Source of the DNA: an uncultured Alphaproteobacteria bacterium
Lineage (GTDB): Bacteria; Pseudomonadota; Alphaproteobacteria; HIMB59; GCA-002718135
Length of the DNA stretch: 64,000 nucleotides
Assembly (NCBI GenBank): GCA_902518705.1
Contig: CABYHW010000001.1
Span: forward strand, 16,798 to 80,797
Reading direction: 5' to 3'
A program made the translations under genes and the position numbers. The notes under the pieces are model-generated. The model was not told the origin of the DNA, did no database searches, and worked only from the letters and a program-made list of their open reading frames with translations. Shown here one piece after another: positions 24,973-37,101 of this stretch (position 1 is the first letter of the stretch; every line of letters begins with the position of its first letter).

Positions 24973-26088
24973 TTAAACTCTCATTGGCATTAGGACATAA
25001 ATTAAGTTTGGACTAGAATTTTCTTGAGCAGTTATTGGTGATGAATTATCTCTAAAATTAAGAATAATTTCATCATCTTGTAAATTATTTACAATATCCA
25101 TTATATATTTTGAATTAAATCCTATTTCAAATTTATCACCGCTGTAATTGATTTTGATATCTTCAGTTGCAGTACTATTTTCATTATTAATAGTATTTAA
25201 ATTTATTACATTTTCTAATAGTTTAAATTTTACAACTGGTGATTTTTCATTTGCTATAGTGCTTACTCTGTCAACTGCTGATAGTAATCGTTCTCTATTA
25301 ATTATTAACTTGTTATCATTGTTATTTGGAATTACTCTATTGTAGTCTGGAAAAGTACCATCAATGAGTTTTGATATAAGTATTGTATTGTTAATATAAA
25401 AAATAATTTTTGATGAACTAAGATATATATCTATATCTATATTTACATCAGCTAATAATTTACTTAACTCATTAATAGTTTTCTTTGGCAAAATAACACC
25501 CGAAATAGGATTAATTTTTTGATCGAGTTTGTGACTAAATTTTGCTAGTCTATGCCCGTCGGTTGCAACAAATGTAACCAAAGAATTGTTTCCTTCATCG
25601 TGAAGATTGAAATAAATACCATTTAAAAAATATCTAGTTTCTTCATTTGATACTGCGAACTTTGTTTTATCAATTAATTTAAATATTATATTTGAATTTA
25701 TCTTTATAGTTGATTCCTCACGTTTAAAGTCAATTATAGGAAATTCTTCTTTAGGTAGACATGCTAAAGAAAAACGAGAGCCATTGGCTCTAAGTGTTAA
25801 TAATTTTCCATTATTTGAAATAATTTCTATATTACTATCTCCTTCTATTTTTCTAACGATATCATAGAATATTTGTGAGTTAATTGTTGTTGAGCCTTCC
25901 TCAATAACATTACATTGTAACTCTTCTATTATAGAAATATCCATATCAGTAGATGTGAGGGTGATGCTGTTGTTTTTTGCCTCTATCAAAATATTAGAAA
26001 GTATGGGTAAGTTATTTTTTTTATCAACTATTCCTTGAATATGAGATAATGTTCTAAAAATATTATCTTTAGTAACTTCAAACTTCAT
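24973..26088 (-). CDS. dnaN: DNA polymerase III beta clamp
   Basis: ATDGHRLA, LIDGTFPDY, YVLMPMRV. Confidence 0.97.
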   Translation of the reverse strand: MKFEVTKDNIFRTLSHIQGIVDKKNNLPILSNILIEAKNNSITLTSTDMDISIIEELQCNVIEEGSTTINSQIFYDIVRKIEGDSNIEIISNNGKLLTLRANGSRFSLACLPKEEFPIIDFKREESTIKINSNIIFKLIDKTKFAVSNEETRYFLNGIYFNLHDEGNNSLVTFVATDGHRLAKFSHKLDQKINPISGVILPKKTINELSKLLADVNIDIDIYLSSSKIIFYINNTILISKLIDGTFPDYNRVIPNNNDNKLIINRERLLSAVDRVSTIANEKSPVVKFKLLENVINLNTINNENSTATEDIKINYSGDKFEIGFNSKYIMDIVNNLQDDEIILNFRDNSSPITAQENSSPNLIYVLMPMRV

Positions 26089-26112
26089 AATTTGAATATA
26101 ATTTATATCTTC

Positions 26113-27507
26113 TTAGGAATCTATAAGTCTTTTTAATAATTCTAAATCCTCGTTAAAATTAGTATCTGATAATTTCAATTCTTCTATTTTTTTTACTGCA
26201 TGCATTACGGTAGTATGATCCCTGCCACCAAATTTTCTTCCTATTTCTGGTAATGATCTAGATGTAATTGATTTAGCAAGATACATCGCAATTTGTCTTG
26301 GTCTGGCAACTGATCTAGATCTTCTTGGAGAATGCATATCTGTTATTCTTATGTTAAAATGTTCAGCTACTTTTTTTTGAATTTCTTCAATAGTAATTTT
26401 TTTGTTAGATGATTTCAACAAATCTTGCAATACTAATTGAGCAGTTTCAATTGTAATAGCTGTTCCTACTAGAGTAGCATGCGCCACAAGTCGGTTTAGT
26501 GCTCCTTCCATTTCTCTAACATTAGAAATAATTCGGTGTGATAAAAACTCTAACACTTTCGGGGGTATTTCAACTCCTCTCTTATGAGCTTTTTCTATTA
26601 GTATACCAAGTCTCAACTCATATGTTGTAGGATGGATATCGGCAACTAAACCACAACCCAGTCTTGATTTAAGTCTTTCTTGTACTCCATCTAAATCCGT
26701 TGGTGTTTTATCTGCTGATATCACTATCTGTTTATTTTGTTCAATTAAAGCATTAAATGTATGAAAGAATTCTTCTTGGGTATTATCTTTGCCACTTATA
26801 AACTGTACATCATCGATCATTAGTACATCTATTGATCTAAATTGTTCTTTAAAAGCAGATGTATCTTTATAACGTAAAGCTCTAACAAACTGATACATAA
26901 ATTTCTCAGCTGATAAATATATAACTTTTCGATCTGGTTGCTTTTCTTTAATTTTCCATCCTATAGCATGCATAAGATGAGTCTTTCCTAAACCTACTCC
27001 GCCACACAAGAATAATGGGTTAAAAGTAATTTTATCCGCTTCAGAAACTCTTTGAGATGCTGCAAAAGCAAGTTCGTTCGGTTTACCAACAACAAAGTTA
27101 TCAAATGTAAACCTTGGATCTAATGGTGCCCCAAACTCGTTTGGATAATTTGACGATTGGTTAGTTCTGACATCTAATGAGGATTTCCAATGGTTATCAG
27201 AACTCTTTACAGTTCTAGTTGTACCAGGGACAATTCTTCCTCCATTTGGTTTAACTACGAATTTTATAATATCAATCGATGACAAGTATTTTTTAGCTTC
27301 GTTTTTTATTTTATCAGAATAATTATTTACAATCCAGTCCCTTAAGAATTTTGTTGGAACAGAAAAAGTAATTGTATCATTTTCAACTGATACATAGCTT
27401 AAGTGTTTTATCCAGTTATTATAAGCTGTGTCACCTACTGATTTTTTTAAATCTTTTTTTAGGGAGATCCAGTTGTTATCATTAAACCCGGTTGTATTAT
27501 TGTCCAT
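26113..27507 (-). CDS. dnaA: chromosomal replication initiator DnaA
   Basis: GGVGLGKTHL, IDDVQF, QEEFFHTFN, GGRDHTTV; start moved to ATG 27507 (MDNN) behind an AGGGGG RBS. Confidence 0.97.
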   Translation of the reverse strand: MDNNTTGFNDNNWISLKKDLKKSVGDTAYNNWIKHLSYVSVENDTITFSVPTKFLRDWIVNNYSDKIKNEAKKYLSSIDIIKFVVKPNGGRIVPGTTRTVKSSDNHWKSSLDVRTNQSSNYPNEFGAPLDPRFTFDNFVVGKPNELAFAASQRVSEADKITFNPLFLCGGVGLGKTHLMHAIGWKIKEKQPDRKVIYLSAEKFMYQFVRALRYKDTSAFKEQFRSIDVLMIDDVQFISGKDNTQEEFFHTFNALIEQNKQIVISADKTPTDLDGVQERLKSRLGCGLVADIHPTTYELRLGILIEKAHKRGVEIPPKVLEFLSHRIISNVREMEGALNRLVAHATLVGTAITIETAQLVLQDLLKSSNKKITIEEIQKKVAEHFNIRITDMHSPRRSRSVARPRQIAMYLAKSITSRSLPEIGRKFGGRDHTTVMHAVKKIEELKLSDTNFNEDLELLKRLIDS

Positions 27508-27653
27508 CTTCCCCCTAATAGACGATTTTTGAATTATAATAATTTCACGCAAAAAACCAAAAGTCGTAAAACTAATTCACCAAAATAATTTACTTAATGA
27601 ACACCCTTTAAGTATTTTTAGCAAGAAGAAAAGTGAAAAAAATTAAAAAAAAA

Positions 27654-27914
27654 TTATTTTTTTGAAATTTGTTTTGATAAAGAGGATAACTTTCTGGATA
27701 TGTATTCTTTTTTAAAAATACCTTTTTTTGATGCTCTGGCCATTATTGAGTTGACATTGCTGAATGATTTTTGGATTTCCTCGTCATTTTTTGCTTCTAC
27801 TGAAGATTTATATTTGTTTAGAGCGTTTCTAAACTTAGACAAGTATTGAGAATTAACAGTATTTCTAGTTTTATTCTGTCTTGATCTTTTTTTTGCAGAA
27901 GCATGGTTAGCCAT
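27654..27914 (-). CDS. rpsT: 30S ribosomal protein S20
   Basis: MANHASAKKR N-terminus, SRKLSSL. Confidence 0.95.
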   Translation of the reverse strand: MANHASAKKRSRQNKTRNTVNSQYLSKFRNALNKYKSSVEAKNDEEIQKSFSNVNSIMARASKKGIFKKEYISRKLSSLSKQISKK

Positions 27915-27920
27915 ATGAGT

Positions 27921-27948
27921 GCTATAAATTCAAAATAAATTAAGTCAA
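27921..27948 (-). promoter_or_regulatory. candidate rpsT promoter
   Basis: TTGACT-N16-TATAGC ending 6 nt before the ATG. Confidence 0.5.
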
Positions 27949-27966
27949 TTAGTATTTAATGTTCAA

Positions 27967-28785
27967 TCACTTATTATTTTGAATTTTAGGACAATAAAAA
28001 GTAGATCTTCCATATTGAACGATCTTTTTAACCTTATCATTACCTATTTTTTTTCCTTCCTGGTTGTATACCTTAAAATTAGACTGAAAATTTCCTAATG
28101 TGCCGTCTGTAGACCTATAATCTCGTATACTTGATCCCCCAAATTTTATTGCTTTTTTTAAAATTTTTCTAATAGATTTTATTAGTTTCATAATGAGACT
28201 AATTTCTAAATCCTTACCCAAAGTAAGTGGTGAAATTTTAGAATCAAATAGAATTTCCGATGCATAGATATTACCTATGCCTGCAATTAATTTTTGATTA
28301 AGCAAAATCTGCTTTATTGGAACCTCAGATTTTGAAATTTTTTTAAATATCATTTGTGCAGTAAGATCTGGGTTCAGTGCATCTACACCCAAGGTCAATA
28401 TATACTTTTGTTTTTGTAGATCTTTTGTTTGTACCATATCTATAAACCCAAATTTTCTAGGGTCATGATAAACAAGTATAATTCCACTTGAAAAAAACAA
28501 TACAAAATGATCATGTTTTATTCTTTTGTAGCTTTTATCAACGGTTTTTAATCTTCCTGACATTCCTAGATGTATTACTAGAGAATAATCTATATCTAAA
28601 TCTATAATTATAAACTTTGCTATACGTCTTAGGTTGGATATCTTCGAGTTACGTAGTATATTAATTATATTATTTGGAATTTTATAACGAAGTTTTGATG
28701 TATGAATTTTGACACAAGATATTTTTTGATTAAATATTACACTAAGTCCTTTAACTGTAGTTTCAACTTCAGGTAATTCTGGCAT
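27967..28785 (-). CDS. mutM: formamidopyrimidine-DNA glycosylase
   Basis: MPELPEVE, HLGMSG, GIGNIYASE, RSTFYCP. Confidence 0.96.
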   Translation of the reverse strand: MPELPEVETTVKGLSVIFNQKISCVKIHTSKLRYKIPNNIINILRNSKISNLRRIAKFIIIDLDIDYSLVIHLGMSGRLKTVDKSYKRIKHDHFVLFFSSGIILVYHDPRKFGFIDMVQTKDLQKQKYILTLGVDALNPDLTAQMIFKKISKSEVPIKQILLNQKLIAGIGNIYASEILFDSKISPLTLGKDLEISLIMKLIKSIRKILKKAIKFGGSSIRDYRSTDGTLGNFQSNFKVYNQEGKKIGNDKVKKIVQYGRSTFYCPKIQNNK

Positions 28786-28786
28786 A

Positions 28787-29518
28787 ATGAAAAAAGATTA
28801 TAATTTTGGTTATACAAAAGTAAATTCAAAACAAAAGACTAAACTTGTTCAGAATGTATTTTCAAGCGTAGCTCCAAACTACGACATAATGAATGATTTA
28901 ATGAGTTTAGGTATGCATCGATTATGGAAAAAAAGATTTGTAGAAACTGTGGATCTAAAGGAAAATGAAATTATCTTGGATGTTGGTTCTGGGTCTGGTG
29001 ATATTGCCATCGAAATTTTAAAGGAAAATTTACCAACCAGTCTTTATCTTTTAGATCTAAATGAAGAAATGTTATTAGAAGGAAGAAAAAGATTAAAAAA
29101 AGAAAAAAATATAAAATATTTTATTGGTAATGCTGAAAAGTTAAATTTTAAAAATAATTTTTTTGATAAGTATACTATTTCTTTCTGCTTAAGAAATGTG
29201 ACCGAATATTTATTATCTATAAAAGAGGCTTACAGAGTTCTTAAACCTGGTGGGAAATATTGTTGCTTAGAATTTAGTACACCTAAATCATCTTTGATAT
29301 CAAGTTCATATAAAATTTACAAAGGACAGATCTTACCTCTATTAGGAGAAATAGTTGCTAAAGATAAGAATGCATATAACTATTTGAGTGAAAGTATTGA
29401 TTTGTTTCCATCACAAGAAGAGCTTAGCAAAAATCTACGTGATTGCGGTTTTACTAAAGTCGAGACTATTAATCTATTTAATGGAATTGTAGCAATACAT
29501 ACTGGTTATAAACTGTAA
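28787..29518 (+). CDS. ubiE: ubiquinone/menaquinone C-methyltransferase
   Basis: VF.SVA..YDIMNDLMSLGMHRLWK, LDVGSGSGD, RVLKPGG. Confidence 0.95.
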   Translation: MKKDYNFGYTKVNSKQKTKLVQNVFSSVAPNYDIMNDLMSLGMHRLWKKRFVETVDLKENEIILDVGSGSGDIAIEILKENLPTSLYLLDLNEEMLLEGRKRLKKEKNIKYFIGNAEKLNFKNNFFDKYTISFCLRNVTEYLLSIKEAYRVLKPGGKYCCLEFSTPKSSLISSSYKIYKGQILPLLGEIVAKDKNAYNYLSESIDLFPSQEELSKNLRDCGFTKVETINLFNGIVAIHTGYKL

Positions 29519-30687
29519 TGAGTAAAATTTTATTTATAATAACTGGCTCTATTGCTGCATCTCGATGTAAAGAAGTTATTACTTTGTTGAATATTAATAA
29601 AGTTAAAATTAGCTGCATTCTAACTAAAGAGGCAAAGAAATATGTAAAAATATCAGATATAAAAAAATTACTCAAAAATAGAATATTTACTGATGAAGAT
29701 GAGAAAAAAAATAAGATGCTTCATATTAATTTATCAAGAGATAATGATATAATAGTTGTGTGCCCAGCTACAGCCAATTCCATTGCAAAGTTTGCTAATG
29801 GATATGGAGATAATTTAGCTTCTAATACGTTACTTGCTTCAAATAAAAAAATTCTGTTTGTCCCCGCAATGAATAGCTTTATGTGGCATAATAAAATTAA
29901 TCAAAAAAATGTAAGATTATTAAAAGATAGTGGTCATGAGTTTATTGGCCCAAAAGTTGGAAATCTAAAATGTGGAGAATTTGGTTTAGGTAGAATTGAT
30001 AACTCAAAAAATATAGTAAATAGAATTTTAAGCAGGTTAGAAAATATTAATTTATTAAAAGATAAAAAATGCCTAGTAACTGCAGGGCCAACAATTGAAA
30101 TGATTGATCCAGTTAGATTTATTTCGAATCAATCTTCTGGAAAACAAGGATATGAAATTGCTTCACAACTTGTTTTGTATGGAGCAAAAGTGATCTTGAT
30201 ATCTGGGCCAACAAATTTAGACCCTCCACCCAATTTAAAATTTATTCAAATAAAATCTGCAAATGAAATGTATCAGAAGATTAAAAAAATTACTAAAATT
30301 GATATAGGAATTTTTACTGCTGCAGTATCTGATTTCAAAAATAAAAAAATTAATAAATCCAAGATTAAAAAAAATAAAAACTTAAGTATTAGTCTTTCTA
30401 AAAATATAGATATTTTAGAAAAAATTGGAAAAAGTAAAACTCAACGACCAAAATTTTTAGTAGGCTTTGCAGCAGAAACAGGAGGTATTAATAATGCCAA
30501 AAAAAAATTAGTAAATAAAAAATGTGATATGATTATTTATAATAAAATCGATAATAAAAATAAGGTTTTCGACTCAGATTATAATCGAATATCAATAATT
30601 ACAAAAAATCAGATAAAAAAATTTAAAAAAATGACAAAGGTAAATTGTGCAAAGCAAATTATAAAACAAATTTATAATACCATATAA
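29518..30687 (+). CDS. coaBC: phosphopantothenoylcysteine decarboxylase/synthetase
   Basis: PATANSIAK, PAMN, CGEFGLGR, TAGPT.E.IDPVRFISN.SSGKQG. Confidence 0.95.
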   Translation: MSKILFIITGSIAASRCKEVITLLNINKVKISCILTKEAKKYVKISDIKKLLKNRIFTDEDEKKNKMLHINLSRDNDIIVVCPATANSIAKFANGYGDNLASNTLLASNKKILFVPAMNSFMWHNKINQKNVRLLKDSGHEFIGPKVGNLKCGEFGLGRIDNSKNIVNRILSRLENINLLKDKKCLVTAGPTIEMIDPVRFISNQSSGKQGYEIASQLVLYGAKVILISGPTNLDPPPNLKFIQIKSANEMYQKIKKITKIDIGIFTAAVSDFKNKKINKSKIKKNKNLSISLSKNIDILEKIGKSKTQRPKFLVGFAAETGGINNAKKKLVNKKCDMIIYNKIDNKNKVFDSDYNRISIITKNQIKKFKKMTKVNCAKQIIKQIYNTI

Positions 30688-30691
30688 AATT

Positions 30692-31444
30692 ATGAATAAT
30701 TACTCTGAAGAAGAATATAAAATTTTTAGTAGATTATTTATTTTAAACGAATTTTCTGAAGAAAATATGAAAAAATTATCAAAAATAAAAATTGGCATTG
30801 TTGGTATGGGAGGTATAGGATGCCCTTTAAGTCATTATTTAGTAAGTTCTGGAATTAAAGAATTATTAATAATAGATGGAGACGTTGTTGAAAAAAGTAA
30901 TCTTAATAGACAAATTTTATTTAATTTAAATGATATTGGAAAAAAAAAGGTTGATGTTGCAAAAAGCAAATTAAAATTAATCAATACTGAATGTAAAATT
31001 AATACTATTGATGAAAATATTAACTCTTTAAATTTAAATTCTTTAAATGAATGTTCAATAATTATTGATGCAACTGATGATTGGTTAAGTTCTAAATTAT
31101 TAAATGAATATTGTATTAAAAACTCAATCAATTTTTTATATTCTTCAGCGTTAAGACATGATTTACAGATAATTCTTTTCAATAATTCAAATAAAAATAA
31201 TCATCTATGTTTAAATTGTATATTTCCTAACAAAGATGATGTTGATCTTCCTAGATGTAGTGTAGTTGGTATTTCCGGTATTTCTGCAGGATTAGCGGGT
31301 TTGATTGCTGCTCAGAAAATAATTAATTTCTACTTAAATTTAAACGATGAAACTAATATAATGACAATTTCTGATGGAAAAAAATTAAGCATTGATAATA
31401 TTATTATCAAAAGTAAACATAATTGTTATTTAAATTCAGTTTAA
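30692..31444 (+). CDS. HesA/MoeB/ThiF family adenylyltransferase
   Basis: GMGGIG, D.VEKSNLNRQ, CLNC. Confidence 0.85.
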   Translation: MNNYSEEEYKIFSRLFILNEFSEENMKKLSKIKIGIVGMGGIGCPLSHYLVSSGIKELLIIDGDVVEKSNLNRQILFNLNDIGKKKVDVAKSKLKLINTECKINTIDENINSLNLNSLNECSIIIDATDDWLSSKLLNEYCIKNSINFLYSSALRHDLQIILFNNSNKNNHLCLNCIFPNKDDVDLPRCSVVGISGISAGLAGLIAAQKIINFYLNLNDETNIMTISDGKKLSIDNIIIKSKHNCYLNSV

Positions 31445-31483
31445 GTTAATTGATAAATACATAAAAAAAGTTTAATTAAAATT

Positions 31484-31990
31484 ATGAAACAAAATTCTTT
31501 TACCTATGATCAATTAATTGATTGTGCAAAAGGTGTACTTTTTGGAAAGGGAAATGCACAACTTCCAATGCCTCCTATGCTAATGTTCGATAGAATCACT
31601 TCAATAAATGAGACTGGTGGAATATTTTCTAAAGGCGAAGTTGTTGCAGAATTAGATATTAAAGAAGACTTATGGTTTTTTGAATGTCATTTTAAAGATG
31701 ACCCAGTAATGCCAGGTTGTTTAGGTTTAGATGCTATGTGGCAATTACTTGGTTTTTATTTAGGATGGCTTGGTCAACCAGGAAAGGGTAGAGCCTTAGG
31801 TGTTGGTGAAGTTAAGTTTACCGGTCAGGTATTACAAAAAGTCAAAAAAGTGACTTACCATATATCTCTTAAAAGACTTATATTAAGAAAATTAATTTTA
31901 GGAGTTGGAGATGGTGTTTTAAAAGCTGACGGTGAAACAATCTATGAAGCAAAAGATATGAAAGTCGGGCTATTTTCACCTGAGAAATAA
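31484..31990 (+). CDS. fabA: 3-hydroxyacyl-ACP dehydratase/isomerase
   Basis: [33 protein letters not shown]. Confidence 0.97.
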   Translation: MKQNSFTYDQLIDCAKGVLFGKGNAQLPMPPMLMFDRITSINETGGIFSKGEVVAELDIKEDLWFFECHFKDDPVMPGCLGLDAMWQLLGFYLGWLGQPGKGRALGVGEVKFTGQVLQKVKKVTYHISLKRLILRKLILGVGDGVLKADGETIYEAKDMKVGLFSPEK

Positions 31991-31993
31991 GTA

Positions 31994-33211
31994 ATGAATA
32001 GAGTAGTGGTAACAGGTTTGGGTATAGTATCATGTATTGGTAATAATCAATCGGATGTTATAGACAGTCTTAAAAATTTGAAATCTGGAATAATAAGTGC
32101 TGAAGAGTATGAGGAGTTTTCTTTTAGAAGTCTTGTGCATGGTAAACCAAATATAGATATTAGTAACGAAATTGACAGAAGATTATTAAGGTTTATGGGA
32201 GATGGAGCTGCCTACAACTATATTGCGATGAAAGATGCTATAGACGACTCAGGGTTAGAGGATAGTGATGTTTCAAATGAAATGACTGGTATAATTGTTG
32301 GTTCTGGCGGTCCATCTACACAAAATTTATTTAAGTCTTCTGAAATTGGAAAGAGTTCGGGTTCAAAAAAAATTGGACCATTCATGGTACCAAGAGCAAT
32401 GTCTAGTACAAATTCTGCAACTCTTGCGACTCCTTTTAAAATTAAAGGAGTTAACTATTCAATTACTTCAGCATGTTCTACAAGTTCACATTGCATTGGT
32501 AATGCGTATGAACTAATTCAGATGGGAAAACAAAATATTGTTTTTGCTGGAGGGGGTGAAGAGCTCCATTGGACTTTATCAATTTTATTTGATGCAATGG
32601 GTGCTTTGTCATCAAAATATAATTCTACTCCTAAAAAGTCTTCAAGGGCATATGATGCAGATAGAGATGGTTTTGTAATTGCCGGAGGAGGTGGAACTTT
32701 AGTACTTGAAGAATTAGAGCATGCAAAAGCTAGAGGTGCTAAAATATATGGTGAAATCACAGGATATGGAGCAACCTCAGATGGCTACGATATGGTGCAG
32801 CCTTCTGGAGAAGGAGCAGAAAGATGCATGAAACAAGCATTAAAAAATATTGATGGTAAAATTGATTATATAAACACACATGGGACAAGTACTCCAATAG
32901 GTGATGTAAAAGAATTGGAAGCAATCAAAAATGTTTTTGGCTCGAATATTCCTAAAATGAGCTCAACAAAATCTTTAACTGGTCATTCTTTAGGGGCAAC
33001 TGGTGTGCATGAAGCAATTTATAGTTTATTGATGATGAAAAATAGTTTTATTAGTGGTTCTGCAAATATTGATAAACTCGATGATAATGCCAAAGATTGC
33101 AATATTCTTTTAAAAACAGAAAATGATGTTGAAATTGAGCATGTTATGTCGAATAGTTTTGGTTTTGGTGGTACGAATGCAACATTAGTATTTTCAAAAT
33201 ATTATGCTTAG
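31994..33211 (+). CDS. fabB: beta-ketoacyl-ACP synthase I
   Basis: [27 protein letters not shown]. Confidence 0.96.
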   Translation: MNRVVVTGLGIVSCIGNNQSDVIDSLKNLKSGIISAEEYEEFSFRSLVHGKPNIDISNEIDRRLLRFMGDGAAYNYIAMKDAIDDSGLEDSDVSNEMTGIIVGSGGPSTQNLFKSSEIGKSSGSKKIGPFMVPRAMSSTNSATLATPFKIKGVNYSITSACSTSSHCIGNAYELIQMGKQNIVFAGGGEELHWTLSILFDAMGALSSKYNSTPKKSSRAYDADRDGFVIAGGGGTLVLEELEHAKARGAKIYGEITGYGATSDGYDMVQPSGEGAERCMKQALKNIDGKIDYINTHGTSTPIGDVKELEAIKNVFGSNIPKMSSTKSLTGHSLGATGVHEAIYSLLMMKNSFISGSANIDKLDDNAKDCNILLKTENDVEIEHVMSNSFGFGGTNATLVFSKYYA

Positions 33212-33977
33212 AAATAAAAGAGGTTTAGTATTTGGTATTGCAAATAATCATTCAATTGCATGGGGAATTGCAAAACAACTAGCTGAAAATGGTGCTGAAA
33301 TAGCCATTGGTTATCAAAACGAAATATTATTGAAGAGGGTGAAACCACTTTCTGAAGAAATTAATTCAAAAATATTAATAGAATGTGATTTTAATAATGA
33401 TGACTCTATAAATAAATCTGTAGAAATTATAAAAAAAGAATGGGGAACAATTGATTTTATAATTCACGCTGTTGCATTCGCAGATAAATCAGAATTAAAT
33501 GGCAGATATGTTGATACCACAAAGGATAATTTTATTAATTGTTTGGAAATATCATGTTTTTCATTAACTAGTCTTGCAAGAAGTTTTGAAACTATAATGA
33601 ATGATGGAGGAAGTATTCTTACCCTTACTTTTTATGGCTCAAATAAAGTTATACCAAATTATAATTTAATGGGAATTGCAAAAGCTGCTTTAGAAACAAG
33701 TGTAAAATACTTGAGTGTAGATTTAGGCAAAAAAAATATTCGTGTTAATGCAATATCAGCAGGACCTATGAGAACAATTGCTGGTGCAGCAATAAACAAT
33801 GCTAGAGAGGTGTTTAAATTTACAGAAGAACATTCAGCATTGAAACGAAATGCACAACTAGATGAAATTGGTAAATCTGCTTTATACTTTGTTAGTGATT
33901 TATCTTCTGCAGTTACTGGTGAAGTACATTATGTTGACTGTGGTTACAATATTATTGGGATGCCCAATAAGTTCTAA
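33204..33977 (+). CDS. fabI: enoyl-ACP reductase
   Basis: [26 protein letters not shown]. Confidence 0.96.
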   Translation: MLRNKRGLVFGIANNHSIAWGIAKQLAENGAEIAIGYQNEILLKRVKPLSEEINSKILIECDFNNDDSINKSVEIIKKEWGTIDFIIHAVAFADKSELNGRYVDTTKDNFINCLEISCFSLTSLARSFETIMNDGGSILTLTFYGSNKVIPNYNLMGIAKAALETSVKYLSVDLGKKNIRVNAISAGPMRTIAGAAINNAREVFKFTEEHSALKRNAQLDEIGKSALYFVSDLSSAVTGEVHYVDCGYNIIGMPNKF

Positions 33978-34729
33978 AATTTTCCCAATAAATCTATTGG
34001 ATTATCAACAAATATACTATCTACACCTATTGAGAAAATATCATTAGCACTAGATAAATTTATATTTTTATCTGAATAAACAGTAATTGAAATATTTGAT
34101 TTTTTAATTTTTTTTATAATATCAGCTGTAATAAGATCTATATTTAATCCACAAATTTTTAAATCATTATTAATTGAGATATTAATTAAATCATCAATAT
34201 TATATTCTTTAAAATCATCTAATAAAAAGCTTCGGAAAGACTGAGGGTAAATTTTTGATATTTCTAAAATAGAAGTCATATCAAATGACGAGAAAAAAAT
34301 TTCTACTTTGTTGATATTTTTTGTGAGTTTATAAATTTGATAAGTATTTTCTTTTTCAAAATTTTTATTGGGTTTTAATTCAATATTTAAATTACCATTT
34401 TTATTATTACACAGAGTTAGAATATCTTCTAGCTTAGGAACAAAAATATTTGTATTTTTTTTATAAAAAAATCTTCCCGCATCAAGTTTTTTTATGCTCT
34501 CATAATCATAATCAATTGCAAGTCCACTTCCATCAGTAGTTCTATCTAAAGTGTCGTCATGTAATAAAATTGGTACTTTGTCTCTAGAAATCTTAACATC
34601 TATCTCAACAAAATTTAACCCTATTTCGAATGCCCTAGCAATAGATTCTAAAGTGTTTTCTGGACACAGATCTTTTACACCTCTGTGTCCAATTAATTTA
34701 GGTAATTTAAGCGTTTTCTTCTGCGTCAA
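33974..34729 (-). CDS. glycerophosphodiester phosphodiesterase
   Basis: [27 protein letters not shown]. Confidence 0.9.
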   Translation of the reverse strand: MTQKKTLKLPKLIGHRGVKDLCPENTLESIARAFEIGLNFVEIDVKISRDKVPILLHDDTLDRTTDGSGLAIDYDYESIKKLDAGRFFYKKNTNIFVPKLEDILTLCNNKNGNLNIELKPNKNFEKENTYQIYKLTKNINKVEIFFSSFDMTSILEISKIYPQSFRSFLLDDFKEYNIDDLINISINNDLKICGLNIDLITADIIKKIKKSNISITVYSDKNINLSSANDIFSIGVDSIFVDNPIDLLGKF

Positions 34730-36800
34730 CTGCTTTCATAGAAAGTTTTATTTTTCCTCTTGAATCGATATCCAGTACTTTTACTTTAACCATATCTCCT
34801 TCGCTAATAACATCTTCAACTTTCTCAACTCTTTCATTTTTTAATTGACTAATATGGACAAGGCCATCTGTAGATCCCATGAAATTAACAAAAGCACCGA
34901 AGTCCATTATCTTTATAACTTTACCATCATAAATTTTCCCAATCTCTGGTTCTTCGACAATACCTTTGATCCATTCTAATGCATCATTTCCAGATTTTTG
35001 ATCTACAGCAGCAATACTCACTAAACCTTCATCATTAATTTCGATTTTAGCTCCAGTTGTTTCAGATATTTCTCTGATAACTGCTCCTCCTTTACCAATA
35101 ACTTCTCTAATTTTATCTTTATTAATTTGAAGATTAGTTATTGTTGGTGCGTATTTCGAAATTGATTGGTTAGGCTTGTCTATTGCTTTAGCCATTTCGC
35201 CAAGTATGTGGAATCGTCCATCTTTAGCTTGTGCTAATGCTTCTTCCATAATTTCAGCTGTAATACTAGTTATTTTAATATCCATTTGTAATGAAGTTAT
35301 TCCTTCAGAAGTTCCAGCAACTTTAAAATCCATATCACCAAGATGATCTTCATCACCAAGTATGTCTGATAATATTACATATTTATCATTTTCTTTTATT
35401 AATCCCATCGCAATACCAGCTACTGGTCTTTCTAAAGGCACTCCTGCATCCATTAAAGACATTGAGGTACCACAAACAGTTGCCATAGAGCTAGAGCCAT
35501 TAGATTCTGTAATTTCAGATACAACTCTATAAGTATAAGGAAATTTTTCTTTAGAAGGTAACATTGGGTGAATAGCTCTCCAGGCTAATTTTCCATGTCC
35601 TATTTCTCTTCTACTGGTTGAACCTATTCTTCCAACTTCTCCAACTGAGTAAGGTGGAAAATTGTAGTGCAACATAAAATTCTCTGTATATTCGCCATCT
35701 ATTGCATCTATTCTTTGCTCGTCTTGTCCAGTTCCTAAAGTTGAAACTACAAGAGCTTGTGTTTCTCCTCTTGTAAATAATGCTGATCCATGAGTTCTTT
35801 CTAAAACTCCCGTTTCACACACAATTGGACGTACTGTTTTTGTATCTCTTCCATCAATTCTATTCCCAGTATTAATTAATTCTCCTCTAACTATATCTTT
35901 TTCTACATTTTTTATTGCATCAGAAACTAGTACTGGTGAGAGTGTTTCACTTACAAATTTTTCAGAAATTTCATTTCTTAATGAAGATAGTTTTTCTGAT
36001 CTTTTTTGTTTTTCAGTAATTTTATATGCATCTATAAACTCTTTACCAAATTCTTTATCAATCTTGGATGGTAAACTTTTAATTTCTTCATCTTTTTCTT
36101 TAAGGTCCCAAGGTTCTTTTGCAGCTTTTTTAGCTAAGGAGATTATTGCTTCGATCACTGATTTATAATTTTCTTGACCGAGAACTACTGCATCTAACAT
36201 TTGTTTTTCTGAAAGCTCATGAGCTTCAGACTCGATCATTAGTACACCTTCCTTAGTCCCTGCCAATACTAATTCTAGTTTAGAATTTGATAATTGACTC
36301 TTGCTGGGGTTAACAACAAACTCGTCATCTATAAAACCAATCTTAATTGCTCCAAGTGGGCCTAAAAATGGTAATCCGGATAAAGTTAATGCAGCACTTG
36401 CTGCTACCATTGCTACAATGTCTGAGTCATTTTCTTGATCATGTGATAATACAGTACAAGTAACTTGAGTTTCATTTTTAAAATCTTTATGAAATAATGG
36501 TCTAACTGGTCTATCAATCAATCGTGAAACTAATGTTTCTTTTTCAGTTGGTCTAGCCTCTCTTTTAAAAAAACCACCTGGTATTTTTCCTACAGAATAA
36601 TATTTTTCTTGATAATTTACTGTTAAAGGAAAAAAATCCATATCTGGATTTGCTTCTTTTGCAGCAACTACATTACACATAACTGTTGTTCCACCATAAG
36701 TGGCTATAACTGTTGAGTCAGCCTGTCTTGCTATTTTTCCAGTCTCTAATTTAAGTTTTTTCCCAGCCCATTCAATTTCTACATTCTTTACATCAAACAT
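34707..36800 (-). CDS. pnp: polynucleotide phosphorylase
   Basis: [40 protein letters not shown] and S1 domains. Confidence 0.98.
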   Translation of the reverse strand: MFDVKNVEIEWAGKKLKLETGKIARQADSTVIATYGGTTVMCNVVAAKEANPDMDFFPLTVNYQEKYYSVGKIPGGFFKREARPTEKETLVSRLIDRPVRPLFHKDFKNETQVTCTVLSHDQENDSDIVAMVAASAALTLSGLPFLGPLGAIKIGFIDDEFVVNPSKSQLSNSKLELVLAGTKEGVLMIESEAHELSEKQMLDAVVLGQENYKSVIEAIISLAKKAAKEPWDLKEKDEEIKSLPSKIDKEFGKEFIDAYKITEKQKRSEKLSSLRNEISEKFVSETLSPVLVSDAIKNVEKDIVRGELINTGNRIDGRDTKTVRPIVCETGVLERTHGSALFTRGETQALVVSTLGTGQDEQRIDAIDGEYTENFMLHYNFPPYSVGEVGRIGSTSRREIGHGKLAWRAIHPMLPSKEKFPYTYRVVSEITESNGSSSMATVCGTSMSLMDAGVPLERPVAGIAMGLIKENDKYVILSDILGDEDHLGDMDFKVAGTSEGITSLQMDIKITSITAEIMEEALAQAKDGRFHILGEMAKAIDKPNQSISKYAPTITNLQINKDKIREVIGKGGAVIREISETTGAKIEINDEGLVSIAAVDQKSGNDALEWIKGIVEEPEIGKIYDGKVIKIMDFGAFVNFMGSTDGLVHISQLKNERVEKVEDVISEGDMVKVKVLDIDSRGKIKLSMKAVDAEENA

Positions 36801-36823
36801 AATTATTATTTTTCCTCTTTTTT

Positions 36824-37093
36824 TTAACCTCTGATATTTAATTTTTTTATTAAATCTGAATATTCAGATTTATTTTTTCTAGATAAATAATTTAATAATT
36901 TTTTTCTTTTATTTACCAATGATACTAACCCTCTTTTTGAGTGGTTATCTTTGTTATGAGATTTAAAATGTTCAGTTAAATTTTTTATTCTTTCTGTTAA
37001 AACTGCTATTTGAACACCTGTTGATCCAGTATCTTTATCATTTTTAGAAAATTCATTAATGAGATTTTTTTTATTTTCTTTAGTAATCGACAT
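36824..37093 (-). CDS. rpsO: 30S ribosomal protein S15
   Basis: [22 protein letters not shown]. Confidence 0.97.
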   Translation of the reverse strand: MSITKENKKNLINEFSKNDKDTGSTGVQIAVLTERIKNLTEHFKSHNKDNHSKRGLVSLVNKRKKLLNYLSRKNKSEYSDLIKKLNIRG

Positions 37094-37101
37094 CAGTTCT
37101 C

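Noticed and set aside
27508-27653. Possible oriC upstream of dnaA
   Set aside because: No TTATCCACA-like DnaA boxes seen; alphaproteobacterial origins are often elsewhere (near hemE).
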